Assembly: GCF_006345805.1 (NCBI RefSeq)
Contig: NC_043002.1
Location: 16,306,001 to 16,370,000, forward strand
DNA: 64,000 nt
Origin: Octopus sinensis
Taxonomy: Eukaryota
Direction: 5' to 3'
The notes beneath the pieces were generated by a model that worked only from the letters and a program-made list of their open reading frames with translations, was not told the DNA's origin and did not search any database. The first letter of the stretch is position 1. Each line of letters begins with the position of its first letter. The translations under genes were made by a program, and so were the position numbers. Positions 11,594-24,502 of the stretch are shown here, piece after piece.

Positions 11594-13106
11594 ATGTATG
11601 TATATGTATGTATGTATATGTTCATAACACCTACACACAAACACACACATACATACATATATATATACGTATTTACGCAAAAACGTGAACCTTGGAAACA
11701 TGTAGACATGCATACAATCTCACTCAATAACTCACAAAATATCTTCGTTTATCATTAGACGTATAATGAGATGAAAAGATACATTGTAAACGTCAAAATG
11801 AAACCAAATTATAATAGTTAAATATAGGTTAATAATTTTAGCATTCTCAACCAAAAGTCGTTTACCCACATTTGAAATTTTATCGAAAACTAGAGGAAAA
11901 GTTTATGGCTTTAATATGAATTGTTTGAAGAAAAGAAAATGGGAGAAAAAAAAAACTATAAAAGTTGTCAAATAATAAATGTTGGTGTGTCGAGACGTAT
12001 GAATGTGTCTATGGCAAATAATATTGGATACAAATTTGCTTCAGAAAATTATATCAAAAACATACAGACATATATATACATATTTACGCAAAAACGTGAA
12101 CGTTAAAAACATGTAGACATGTATGCAATCTCACTCAATAACTCACAAAATATCTTCGTTTATACACATAAGAATACTAAAACATAGATACACACAGCGA
12201 CTGTAATACATGAATATACATCCATTTATCTGTACTGTATAGGTTTATAAATGCAGTTGAAGAGCTTCCAAACATGAGCGTCATTTCAAAATCTGATTTC
12301 AAAAACGAAATGCCACTTTGAAATAAGTTCCAACAATTGGCTTCGCCTAATTCATATAAGGTTGATAAAACAGAGGTTCTAAACTTTTCATAGATTTTCT
12401 ACCAAAACAAACCAGGAAGTCTTATAATTTAGCTTCGAAATTTCTTCAGATTTACCTGCTTAAAAGAATGGAGTTGGCGTTTCATAAATTCTTATTTACT
12501 GTATTACAATATTCTTGGTTCCATGCCACCTCCCGAGTTTTAGATTATATATATATATATATACAACCTTTTTTTATATTAGGAATAATATTTTTGAAAT
12601 CAAGAGATTGAACTTGGAAAACAATGGTTTAGCATCAGTTGTTGCAATAAGGTTTCGACTTATTGATCGAATTGAGAATGAGTTTATGGATGCACACAAA
12701 GTTTATCTTTAGCGATGGAATTTGAGTCTGTGAGAGTGTGTACGGTGAAAGGTAAAAAGAAAAAAATTCAATTATTTATATTTTGAGACGAAACGTAATA
12801 ACCTGTATCGCAGAGAGAAACTGAAGGAATTGTGTTGCAGAAAAAAAAAAGTAAAGAAAGAAAATCTAGTTGGAGTACAAAGTCCCGCAAACGCAAACAT
12901 TATTCTCACGTAAACATAATTTGCAATCTTAGCCTTAATTCCTAGACACTTCGCAGCGGTAACATCGTATTTTCCGGACAGTACATATATACACGCACAT
13001 TCATGCATGATTACATATAGAGATGGATGCAGAAACAAATATAGGTGATATCAGTGTATAAATATGTATCTGACACCCACATTCCCTCTCTGTCTGTCTC
13101 ACTCTG

Positions 13107-13184
<78 letters not shown>

Positions 13185-13309
13185 CAAGCATGTAAAATAT
13201 AATACTTAGATAGACATAACTATAAATATGTGCATGTAAATGTGCATGCGTAGATATATGAATCTGTGCATGTATATATACATAGACACACACACACACA
13301 CACATATAT

Positions 13310-13348
<39 letters not shown>

Positions 13349-13378
13349 CACATATATAACACACACTCACACACACAC

Positions 13379-13411
<33 letters not shown>

Positions 13412-14077
13412 CACACATATATGTGTGTGTGTGTATATATATCCACATATATACGTACGTTTGTAAATATATATATAATAAATATCCCTTTGTATATATG
13501 CTTATAATGTACGCATGCGCGATATGAAAAAAAAGTTGCAGATCCATATATCAATTTATCTGTAAACAATAGCAGTTCTACATTATGTTTTATCCAATAA
13601 AACAAATTTTCTCATGTGGAAAAGAGAAAATCATTCGCACATAGCAAAAAGTCGGGATTGTTCGTCCATGCATTTCAGACAATTTTCTATTCTTGTACTT
13701 GATATATCTGTTTCTTTAATATACCTAATATTATTTCGATTTATCAATCTATGTATATTTCAATCTCTCCGCCTATATATCTATCTAACTGACCCTTTCT
13801 TTCTTATTATCTTTTCCTCACTAGCTATCTTTAATTTCCCGTCTGTTATCTATCGATATATCTATCTATCTATCTATATGCATATATATTATGCACACAA
13901 ACACACAGACACACAGACACACAGACACACATACACATACAACACACACACGCACACCCACATATATATGTATATATATATAAAATATTATTAGAGACAA
14001 AACCACTATTTTGCAAAACAAACAAGGAAAGACTTAATCAATACATAAAATTTTAATAAATAGTCAAAAAAACCGCC

Positions 14078-14913
14078 AAATAAGATGGCTAGCAGCAGGC
14101 TGTTTCGCCTCATACCGAAAGAATTAGAAATGGCAGTCAAAGCACTTATAGAAAATGGAAAAAAACGGTCTTTGACTGCCATTTCTAATTCCTTCGGTAT
14201 GAGGCGAAACAGCCTGCTCCTAGCCATCTTATTTACTTTACTATATACTGAACCTTACAAAGGTCCTGACAATTAATTTGTCGTATTTACATACCGAAAT
14301 TTACCGGTAAATAATTGTTGGTTACATGAAAAACCACAGGAAAATTATTTACCATTTTTATTGCATTACCATGTGGATTCCTCATTCCATTACGATTACC
14401 CAGAAGGCGCGCATGGCAGAATTTTGGAGGGAAAATTTACATCCCCAGTCGTTACTTAGTTTTAACATCTGCGCACTTCCCCCCACTATCTGATGCCGCT
14501 GGGTCAGAAGTGAGGGCTCGTGGCATTTGGTAAAGCTATCGAATATAGCGCCGATGACGGAAATCAAACTACTTTTCTATGTTTGTGATCCAGAAACACG
14601 TGTTCGTTATTAACGGTAAGTGATTGCTTTCGTCTATTTGCTACTCCGGTTTTCTGTATGTGAGCCGCAAGGGCCTTCGTTTTTGGAATCTCCACTTATA
14701 GAAATGGAAAAACGGTCTTTGACTGCCATTTCTAATTCCTTCGGTATGAGGCGAAACAGCCTGCTCCTAGCCATCTTATTTACTTTACTATATACTGAAC
14801 CTTACAAAGGTCCTGACAATTAATTTGTCGTATTTACATACCGAAATTTACCGGTAAATAATGTGTTGTTACATGAAAAACCACAGGAAAATTTTTTACC
14901 ATTTTTATTGCAT
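14078..14913. mobile_element. Mini-element: 65-bp inverted arm + ~222-bp direct repeat + 326-bp core + ~221-bp direct repeat
   Basis: 14078-14142 is the reverse complement of 14170-14234 (2 mismatches). 14143-14366 is repeated at 14693-14913 with few differences. Confidence 0.8.
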
Positions 14914-14914
14914 A

Positions 14915-14987
<73 letters not shown>

Positions 14988-14993
14988 GTATAT

Positions 14994-15092
<99 letters not shown>

Positions 15093-15312
15093 ATGAATGC
15101 ATTTATGTCTTTGCAAGTGTGTGTATGTAATTGTGGAAACAGTACATTAGACTACGATATATAGATATGTTTGTGTGTGTGGACTTATATATGGGTAAGT
15201 CTCTCTCTGTGTCTATGTATGCGTGGAGAGAGAAAAACAGAGAGTTAAATAGAGTGAAAGAGAAATATAGATACCTTGATAGATAGAAGGATAGAGAAAC
15301 ATACACGCCACG

Positions 15313-15343
<31 letters not shown>

Positions 15344-15849
15344 TATGCACAAATATACTTCTATTTATTTTGACAATATTTCCTAATATTTGCATTTAAT
15401 ATCTGTGATAGTTCTCGCTGTCCTAAATGTTATTTCAATAGAAGCTTTATTATACACACCGAGCAAGGTGACGTTGAAATTATTAATTTTTTTCTTTTTT
15501 TTATGATTGTAGTGTTATTTTAGTAAAGATATTTATAGCAAAGACTCTTTGCAACAGAATAAATGAAACCGGAATTGAAATTTAGATTTGACTCTACTCG
15601 TCCATCAGGCAAATACGTTAACGTACGATATTATGACAATATATTTGTACGTTGGGTTCTATAGCTACGATCCTACACTTAGCTACGTAGAATGTTGTAT
15701 CGTAAATTTACAAATAAATAATTTGATCGTGATAAATTGCCTCTTTTCATTTGAATTACTTCTCATTAACTTTAATATTAAAATATTTGTGAGTATATAT
15801 CTTTCTACTTATATTAAGTTTACTGTAAGATCTTTAAGAACAGAATCCT

Positions 15850-15940
<91 letters not shown>

Positions 15941-15945
<5 letters not shown>

Positions 15946-16760
15946 TAGATAAACTTAGATATGTTTCGACCAGAGATTGGTCTAGGCCATGTCTAACTTA
16001 ATAGCACGACCTGATAGGATTATTTGAATCCTGTTTAAGTCAAGTTTTGTTCAAGTAGTGAGTTCTTGTTGGGTGAGTTGTATCCAATTATGGGTGGCTT
16101 ATCTGGTATTCTTTGAAGGAATCTATCCAGACTCTGTTTAAAATTGATGGGATCCTTTTCCTCTTTGATCTCCCTCGGGACAATGTTAAATAGGGCAGGG
16201 CCTGTTGAGGAAAAGAAATAATGTTGCAGTGTACATGTATGTTGTGATCTTGAATTTGGCAGGGGACGTATAGCCCGTGGTCCAAGTCTTGGATGAACCT
16301 TGAAGCTAATGTTTAGGTCGTTTGGGCAAAGTTGGCGGTATATTTTCCACATCGTAGAAATGATGTACCGCTCACGGCGACGCTGGGGGGGTAAAGTTTC
16401 AATCAAGCTTTTAGGCGATCCCAATAATCGAGAGCAGCCATGCCTTCAATTTGTTTAGTGAGAGCCCTCTGGGGTGACTCAATTCTGGAGATGTTTTGTC
16501 TTGTGTGAGGTGACCAGAGTGGGCAGCAGTATTCAAGGTGTGGCCGTACAATGGATGAAAAAAGTGGTATGATGACACCTTGTTCTCTGGACCGGAAAGT
16601 TCTTAAGATCCAGGAACTCATCCTACGAACTATATCGACCTTCTTGTTGATGTGTGCACTCCAACTGAGATCGTCATCAACAATTACACCCAGGTCTCTG
16701 ATATTGCTAGAGGCTGTGAGCGGTTCCCCTGAAGGAAGAGAGTATGGTTGGTTGTTTTAG
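15941..16760 (-). mobile_element. 5'-truncated CR1-group (CR1/L2/Crack-like) LINE, ORF2 C-terminus
   Basis: Translation IRDLGVIVDDDLSWSAHI..WILRTF..RPHLEYCCPLWSP..(frameshift)..QRRRERYII.TMWK. The 3' end has a (ATCTAAGTTT)2 tail at 15941-15960. Confidence 0.9.
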
Positions 16761-16868
16761 TGAGGAATTTCTTCCAAAATATCAGCTCAATTTTCCCTCA
16801 TTCAGTTGCATTTTGTGTCTGTCTGCCCATTGACTCACACATATATAATATATATATATATATATATA

Positions 16869-16918
<50 letters not shown>

Positions 16919-16989
16919 CAAAGAACGGCAGTAGCCCAACATCACGCGTGTGTAAACAACAAAATAAAATCATTGATCAAATTTTCACG

Positions 16990-17153
16990 ATGTGCAGGCT
17001 TCGTGCGCCTACAGAGTATCTCAATAGGCATGATAGAGCAGCACAGTATTGTCACTGGGTAATTTGAAAAAAAACTTATGGGAACACAAACCACCTCCAG
17101 TGCTTGAAAATGACCACATCTCATTCCTCTGGAACTTCACCTTTCAAACTGAT
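16990..17153 (+). mobile_element. Old R4/Dong-like LINE fragment (zinc-knuckle/RLE region)
   Basis: APTEYLNRHDRAAQYCHWVI and EHKPPPVLENDHISFLWNFTFQTD, the same motif order as the 18205 copy. Confidence 0.7.
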
Positions 17154-17863
17154 TATGATTATATAGATCTATAATCATAATCTTTATATCAATTTTCGAA
17201 TGAAATAAACTATCACCAGCAAGCTATTTATCCAACGCATTACACGCATAAGAAACGATGCAGTCACTAATAGATAAAAAAGAGTGCACCACACCAAAAA
17301 GAAGAAAAGAATCTGACAATATAATACTGGGAACTGTTTGCATATTTCAAAAAAACACAAAAAAAGACGCAATGCTGCACCCACACTACCGGCACGGAGG
17401 CGTAGCAGGTGACGCAGTTGAAATTTGCCTGAAACTACCAAATGTTGAACAATTTTCTCACTGAGTAAAAATAACTGCGCTGATGCTGTACTAGACACTG
17501 GCTCTCATGGCTACTGATCTGAACTGATTCGAAGTGTTATCATGTTCATTTGTTTCTCTTGGTATGAAACATGGGCTAAAACAAATATTCTGCTAAATAC
17601 CACAGATTTGTTTGTCAGTTGTGTGACCTTAACCAGTTGAGCATGTCCTTTATTGGCTGACGATATGTGCATCTCTGACTATGAGCAGAAATAGTGGGAG
17701 AGCACGATAGCCATGTGTTGAGGGGAATTCTTTGGAGGTTGAATAATTCACCTATGGAAACATAGGTTTTTCTTTTGAAGTCGTTGTGATGCATGTGCAT
17801 ATCCGACGCAAATGAACACCAACATGATTCTAACTTGAGGTCTCTTGAGGTATCTGGTGCATA

Positions 17864-18133
17864 TTAGGCGCATTAGGTATGATAAAAGAATATACAGACA
17901 AACACAGAACAAGAACACCAGGACTTACAAACATATATAACATACAGAAAATTGCACAACTAGACACTGCACACATCCTACACAGAACACTTTCAATACA
18001 GTAACTATAAGAGACTCACAGCAAACCACAGCACATACACAAGGCACACAGAGCTGCGCTCGGTAGTGAAGTGAAAGCACGTTATAAAAATAAAACGACT
18101 GAATAATAATAATAATAATAATAATAAAAATTA

Positions 18134-18191
<58 letters not shown>

Positions 18192-18204
18192 TAATAATAA
18201 TAAT
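17864..18204 (+). mobile_element. R4/Dong-clade LINE 3' end with (TAA)n tail
   Basis: Homologous to 18590-18830 (GALGMIK..QKIA.L.TAHIL.RTL plus 3' UTR); (TAA)n at 18103-18204. Confidence 0.85.
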
Positions 18205-18823
18205 ATATCTAGCTGCCCAGTCCTGGCTAAGAAGGAATATATTCACAGACATGACAGAGTTGGAACCTACATACATTGGAAGCTATGCCAACATTATGGA
18301 ATAACAACAGAAAAAAGATGGTATAGGCACACACCAGAAAAGGTCACAGAAAACGAAAAAGCAGCCATACTCTGGGATATGCCGATACACACAGATAGAG
18401 AAATTAGGCCAACAGACCAGATATAGTTGTCAGAGATCATGAAGGAAAAAAATGCTTTCAATTGATGTATCAATACCGGCAGATGACAACGTGTCTCTAA
18501 AAGAAATGGAGAAACTCTCAAAATACAAAGACCTGGAAATAGAGGTACCTAGAATGTGGAATCTGAAAACAGAAACAATTCTATCATAGTAGGTGCATTA
18601 GGCATGATAAAAAAAAATATCAGACAAATACATAACAAACACACCAGGACTTACAACACATATAACATACAGAAAATTGCACTACTAGGCACTGCACACA
18701 TCCTACGCAGAACACTTTCCATACAATAACCATCAGAGCATCACAACAAATCACAGCACATACCCAAGGCACACAGAGCTGCGCTCGGTAGTGAAGTGAA
18801 AGCACGCTATAAAAATAAAACTA

Positions 18824-18902
<79 letters not shown>

Positions 18903-18912
18903 TAAATAATAA
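18205..18912 (+). mobile_element. R4/Dong-clade LINE, restriction-like endonuclease domain and (TAA)n tail
   Basis: ISSCPVLAKKEYIHRHDRVGTYIHWKLC..ILWDMPIHTDREI..RPDIVVRD..IDVSIPAD..KLSKYKDLEIE..GTAHILRRTLSIQ*, i.e. a PD-(D/E)xK RLE signature with frameshifts. Confidence 0.92.
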
Positions 18913-20241
18913 GTAAAATGCAATGATATTGTCCTAGTAGTGTATGACAATGTAAAGCTTTGATCCTGGAATTCCATGGATTGCATGGTTGGTTGTAGTA
19001 CCTATGATCCGGATTACAGCAATAATTATGTGATTTACAATGACTGTTAGTGTATTTCTTTTGTTTAATTCAGTTTCATGCATTTCATTTTCTCTAATCG
19101 ATTGTGACTGTTCGTAATGAGGCACTGGGTGTGGCAAGAAAAACCGAAAAACTGTCGCTAATATCCAGTATGCGAGTTGGCTCTTAGTCGACACTTGGAT
19201 ATGTTATTATGTTACGCACTCACAAATAAACAAACAAAGCTATATGCGCACAAACACTAAGACAGACACACATGTATATATGTATGTAATCCATAATATA
19301 GGAATTATTGCAGTTAAAACATTTCAAATTATATTCAAATCATACTAGACTACAATTAATCTAACACGAAATACGCACCATGGCAATTACGTGTGCACTT
19401 GTAAGTAGAGAAATTTGTGGCTATTAATCAGCATAAAGATACAGTACAAAAAAAAAACACTTATACACTCACAAACATACGTACACACATATGTATGTAT
19501 GTATGTATGTATGTATATATCTACGTTTGTATGTATATATTTAATATATAAATGCGTGTGTAAATTTGAATACGAATGACTGTAGACATATTTGTTTTGT
19601 GGAAATTGAAAGCCAGCTATATTAAACGTAAGTATTTACTTGCAACAAAAGCAATATGAACAATTGTATGAAAATTGTTTGACGCCAGATTTAAAAGTCG
19701 ATGTTAGTCAAAATTGAATATTATTGTAATATTGAAAAACTGATAGAGACAGCTTCAAACCCGTAGTCTAGCGATATTTTCGTCGTTCAAACGAAACTTT
19801 CGCTGAAAATATATTTCTATAATTATTAGTTTCTTATTAATACTGAGCGGTTTTTAAAACTTTAGATATCTAAATTCGTTCTCCTCTATTGTAATTTCAT
19901 ACGTTAACTCACATATCCTCACAAAACCGCATTCACAACACACTCACATACACATATACATACATACATATGTACATAAATATAAGAGGGAATATTTTAA
20001 CCACTATGTGGAAACCCTTATGCTAGAAGAAGATCCGCTATGGTCTTAACCACTAAGAATTGTTCTCCAGAAAATTTAGCACACCAGAAACGTAAGCGAG
20101 CAAGACAAATGAAAAGTAACGAAAATATAGATTAATCATAAACAATGTTTACTATCAACAAATTACGTAATATATATGTATGTAATAATATATATATATT
20201 ATATATATATATATAATATATATATATATATATAGATATAT

Positions 20242-20313
<72 letters not shown>

Positions 20314-20687
20314 TATATATATATATATACATGTAATATACGTACACAACCACATACATATCTATATATTCATAGGGGTGGAAACCAGTGGTTAATACGT
20401 TAAAAGAACTTTGCACAACAGTGGTTTCAAATCAGACGAACAGGTGGTGTGTAATTTTGTTGAGCAAAAGATTTTAATTCACGTTACCCAGCACTCATTT
20501 CGTTACTTAGAGCGGAGTATATTGTGCAGCATGACAATCAACGTCGATTTAGAGTGGGAAGAAATCTATTGTAAGCACAAATTCGATCACTACACACAAT
20601 AGCCTCACTTACGGAAGCTATTAGGCAAGAAATTCCAGAAATCTGATCTGTTGTGTGACACAGATTACTACCATCTACCATTTATAC

Positions 20688-20736
<49 letters not shown>

Positions 20737-20818
20737 ATGCGTGTGTGTGTGTGTATAATGATACACAGAGAAAGAGAGGTACACATATTTATACACACAT
20801 GCGCATGATCAAGAATTT

Positions 20819-20865
20819 TTAATACCAACGTCAGTTTCGGCAATTTCCGTTGCCTCATCAGTTAA
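20819..20865 (-). ncRNA. Type-I minimal hammerhead ribozyme with intact core
   Basis: UUAA CUGAUGA GGCAA cggaaa UUGCC GAAAC UGACGUUG GUA UUAA: stem I 4 bp, stem II 5 bp with a G-C closing pair, near-palindromic stem III, GUA cleavage triplet. Confidence 0.8.
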
Positions 20866-22132
20866 GCCTGCTCGAATACGAAATGAGTTGAGCAATCCCT
20901 CATGTGCATTAACTACGTCACTGAAACGGTTTAGCTCTTATTTCTAGCAATGATAATTCTCCTTTTTGGTGAAACATTGCAAACTGTTGTTTAGATTATT
21001 CATGCACATACACACAACACACACACACAGACACACACACACATACACACACACACACACACACACATACACACACACACATACACACACACATACACAC
21101 ACACTCACACACACAAAGACCTACATACGGAGAGAAGGCATGATTTAATTGATAGATCACTAATATAGATAGCCGCATTGACTGTCTGACAGGCAGACAG
21201 ATGAATAGCTTACCGAAAACAAGCTATCAGTAAAATATGCTTCAAGATAATACTTAGCTGTTCTGTCTCATACAACTCATGTAATTATTTTAGTATTTAA
21301 TAATCAAATCCAAATGCATTAAATTTTGTGATAAGGTATCCTAATTCTAATTGGGAATATCCTCCTACATAGTAGAATTATTTTGACACGCATCTATTTA
21401 AAAAGTGAATATAACAATTCTTGATATGCGTAGGACGAACTGTATAATTTCTCCAATGCCTTTATATTTCATAGGAAGATATCAATTTTTAAAAATTACA
21501 TTTTACGTTTATATTTCACTGTTATTGACTGTGGCAATGCTGTGGCAATACTTTGAAAGACATAGTCGATCAAATAGCTCTCAATAACTGTTTTCAATCT
21601 GGTATTTATGGTATCTATCATTATGTAACAAAGAGGTAAAAGTCTCAAGATCACTCCGCAGACGGAGGAAAGACAAACACACACACAAACGCACGCACAC
21701 AAATACACACATACACACACACGCACTTGTATATATATATATAGTTCATCTTCCTAGTTCATCTTGTCATTCTGTCTCCTCTCTTGGTGCTGTATGAACA
21801 GTTAATGTGGTTTTAGAGCCAGTTTTTGGCTGCTATTTCCAGCGTGGAGGTATCTCTTAGATACCCTAAATTATAAGTTTAACAATAATTATTACATTTG
21901 AAGGTTTTTATTCACATAATGTCCACTTGATAAGATCGATAATTAAATTAACAATCTTCTCCTTACCCCCCCTCCATATATATATATATATATATATCAA
22001 ATGGTACAACTAAGTACCGATATTTACTGGAAAATAGCGATCGTAATAAATACGACGCTATTGTATAGCTTCACTGCGTATATACTAGTAAAAACGTGTG
22101 TGTGCAACGAACATGAAAAAAATGTGTCTTAC

Positions 22133-22147
22133 CTCCAGGAATAACAT
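22133..22147 (-). CDS. Candidate 15-nt microexon (D)VIPG
   Basis: gtttttcatttttcag|ATGTTATTCCTGGAG|gtaaga; near-consensus sites on both sides; symmetric length. Confidence 0.55.
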
Positions 22148-22278
22148 CTGAAAAATGAAAAACTTAGAAACGGATAATGTGCATGAGGGAACTTCCTTAT
22201 ATATATATATATATATATAGTGGTGTAGGTGAGTGGTGTATACAGGTACTTATAGTTATCAAGTATTCACCCTGAATT

Positions 22279-22332
<54 letters not shown>

Positions 22333-22577
22333 ATATTTATATACGACAAGCTCCGATAGAGTTTCCGACAAACAGATACACGTACAAGCATCGACCGGCC
22401 CGTGGGTATAAGAAATGTAGCTTGCCTGAGCTGGCGCGAAAATGTCCCGAATCGTAAAACATCTGGTTGCAAAGTCAGTGGAAGAATCGCACAACCATGC
22501 CTGCGCTTCTTGAAGAAATCTAGCAACTTACACAGAGCTGTTTGAATGAATCAGCTACGTGGAAGATTTTAACTTAC

Positions 22578-22592
22578 CAAAAGTTGCATTGA
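22578..22592 (-). CDS. Candidate 15-nt microexon xNATF
   Basis: cttttcattcccacttgactatgatatag|TCAATGCAACTTTTG|gtaagt; strong donor, moderate TAG acceptor; phase 1->1. Confidence 0.4.
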
Positions 22593-24309
22593 CTATATCA
22601 TAGTCAAGTGGGAATGAAAAGTTTAACCTAATGTTGAGCATTATTTCAAAAATGTACATAAATATCCATTCAAAACATAATCCATTGAAAGTGTAATAAT
22701 AAATAGTTAAGAGCATTATTTTTTAAAATGATACACACGGTTACATATGTCGTACAACTATAGAAAAACACATAACTCTAGATTACAACGACGTATAAAG
22801 TAGAAGTGACTTAAAGAGAGAAAAATAGTATTTCATATAATGTGCGATTATTCTCAAATGAAACGCACACGACAAAGAGAAATATTTGTAAGCAGAAACA
22901 TATACACATCCGTTGAAGAAATCAACTTCCGTTTCTACAATTATTTTCTCACTTCTGAATATATTCGGAAATTTAAACCAAAAGTTATACGAATACGTTA
23001 GCGTGTATTTTTGGATGTATGTATGCATGTACGTATGTATGAGTACAACTGTATGCACATATATACAAACATTCATGTGTGTGTGCGCGCTCGTGCTTAT
23101 GTGTGTGGTAGTATGTTTTAATATCTGATTTTCAAAATATTTCATATGAATTCGTGTCTTGAAACAAATCTTAATAACACACGCACTAATTGAATATCGC
23201 TTCTGCATTGTGAGTTAATATGATGAAAATTTCTAACCAACTAACTAATCAATCCTTTGTTTAATGTGCTGATTAAAAAATCAAGCAGGTATTGGTTATC
23301 AATGTTCTTTACGCGCTTCCGCATCCTATTCATTGACTTCTCTGTTCTCCAACATCTGCTTTGTGTCAGTCCGAGAATTGCTCTTATGCCTGTACGTAAG
23401 ATCCATTCTGGGCGCGTGCACCTTTGCATGTCAGTGGTTTGTTTGTATGTCAATGTTTTGTTTGTGTGTGTGTATCAGTGCTTTGTGTGTGTGTGTGTGT
23501 ATATGTGTGTGTGTATCAATGTTTCTTGTGTATGTGTGTGTATGTGTGTGTGTGTGTGTGTGTATGCGTGTACATGTGCATTGGTGAGTCCATCTGGGCT
23601 GGCAAACATGTTGCAGGGCACTAGATATAAATAAAGTGTAGGGTTAGTACATCAAAATAATTGAAAGCACCTAAAGATAAACACATGCATGTGTACAATC
23701 TCAATACATGTCCATGTTCAACCACGTACTTGGGTAAGTACCTATAATTTGGTACTTGGGTACATAGGCAGAGTTAGAAACATATAAGAGAAGAACGATA
23801 ATAGGGTACAAAGAAATTGATTCTAGTCAGAACATAAATCAATGACTCAAGGATTTCCATGCAAATAAATAGAAATTGCTAGAAACAGATCCAACGTTTG
23901 GTTGCTGCTGTAGATAAAATTTTTGAAGACTGTACCACAGCATGGCCGCCGTCTAATGACTAAAGCAAGTAAAAGATAAAAGATAGATACCCATACTTAT
24001 ATATTTCTATATACGCGTGTATGTATATATATAAGTGTATAAAAAATCCCTGGAGTATAAGTTAATTATGTTTTTATTCATCATATCCCCCTCTCAGATT
24101 CTCACTCTTATATCATCTGTCTAAGCCCTCTATTAGAACACGGAAGTATGGGCCTACACCCAGGCGTTTTGCGATTTTGTTATAACCAGGCACATTTCAG
24201 CATCTTTTCCTATATACATATATATATATATGTATAAAGTTAATCCAAACATGAAAACACCAAGAGAAAATGCAACAACGCGATTACGTGGAACACATAT
24301 AGTATTATT

Positions 24310-24445
24310 GGACGCTCAGGGAGGAAGGGAAGAAGGAGGGTTTTACGTTTCGAGCGGAGCTCTTCGTCGGAAACATAGAGATGGAAAGATCCAGAGAAGG
24401 GAAGACGGAGGAAAAATAAATCGCCAACGGTACACACGCGGTCAC
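24310..24445 (-). mobile_element. PLE-type short repeat with minimal hammerhead-like motif at 24340-24374
   Basis: Minus strand GUUU CCGACGA a GAGC ucc GCUC GAAAC GUA AAAC. The U4 position is C; stem III is the ACGU palindrome. Confidence 0.65.
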
Positions 24446-24451
24446 ACACAT

Positions 24452-24502
<51 letters not shown>

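Noticed and set aside
14594-14615. Plus-strand 22-nt segment with a good acceptor and ACG|gtaagt donor
   Set aside because: It is isolated, lies inside a repeat-bounded mini-element and has no phase-compatible partners found. It shows that such splice-site pairs can arise by chance.
14143-14913. Direct repeat-spacer-direct repeat as a CRISPR-like array or LTR element
   Set aside because: Only two ~220-bp repeats in a eukaryotic context; no TG..CA termini, PBS or PPT seen.
17184-17520. ORFs 17184-17498 (-) and 17258-17464 (+) as LINE or host coding sequence
   Set aside because: No diagnostic motif and no clear splice sites.
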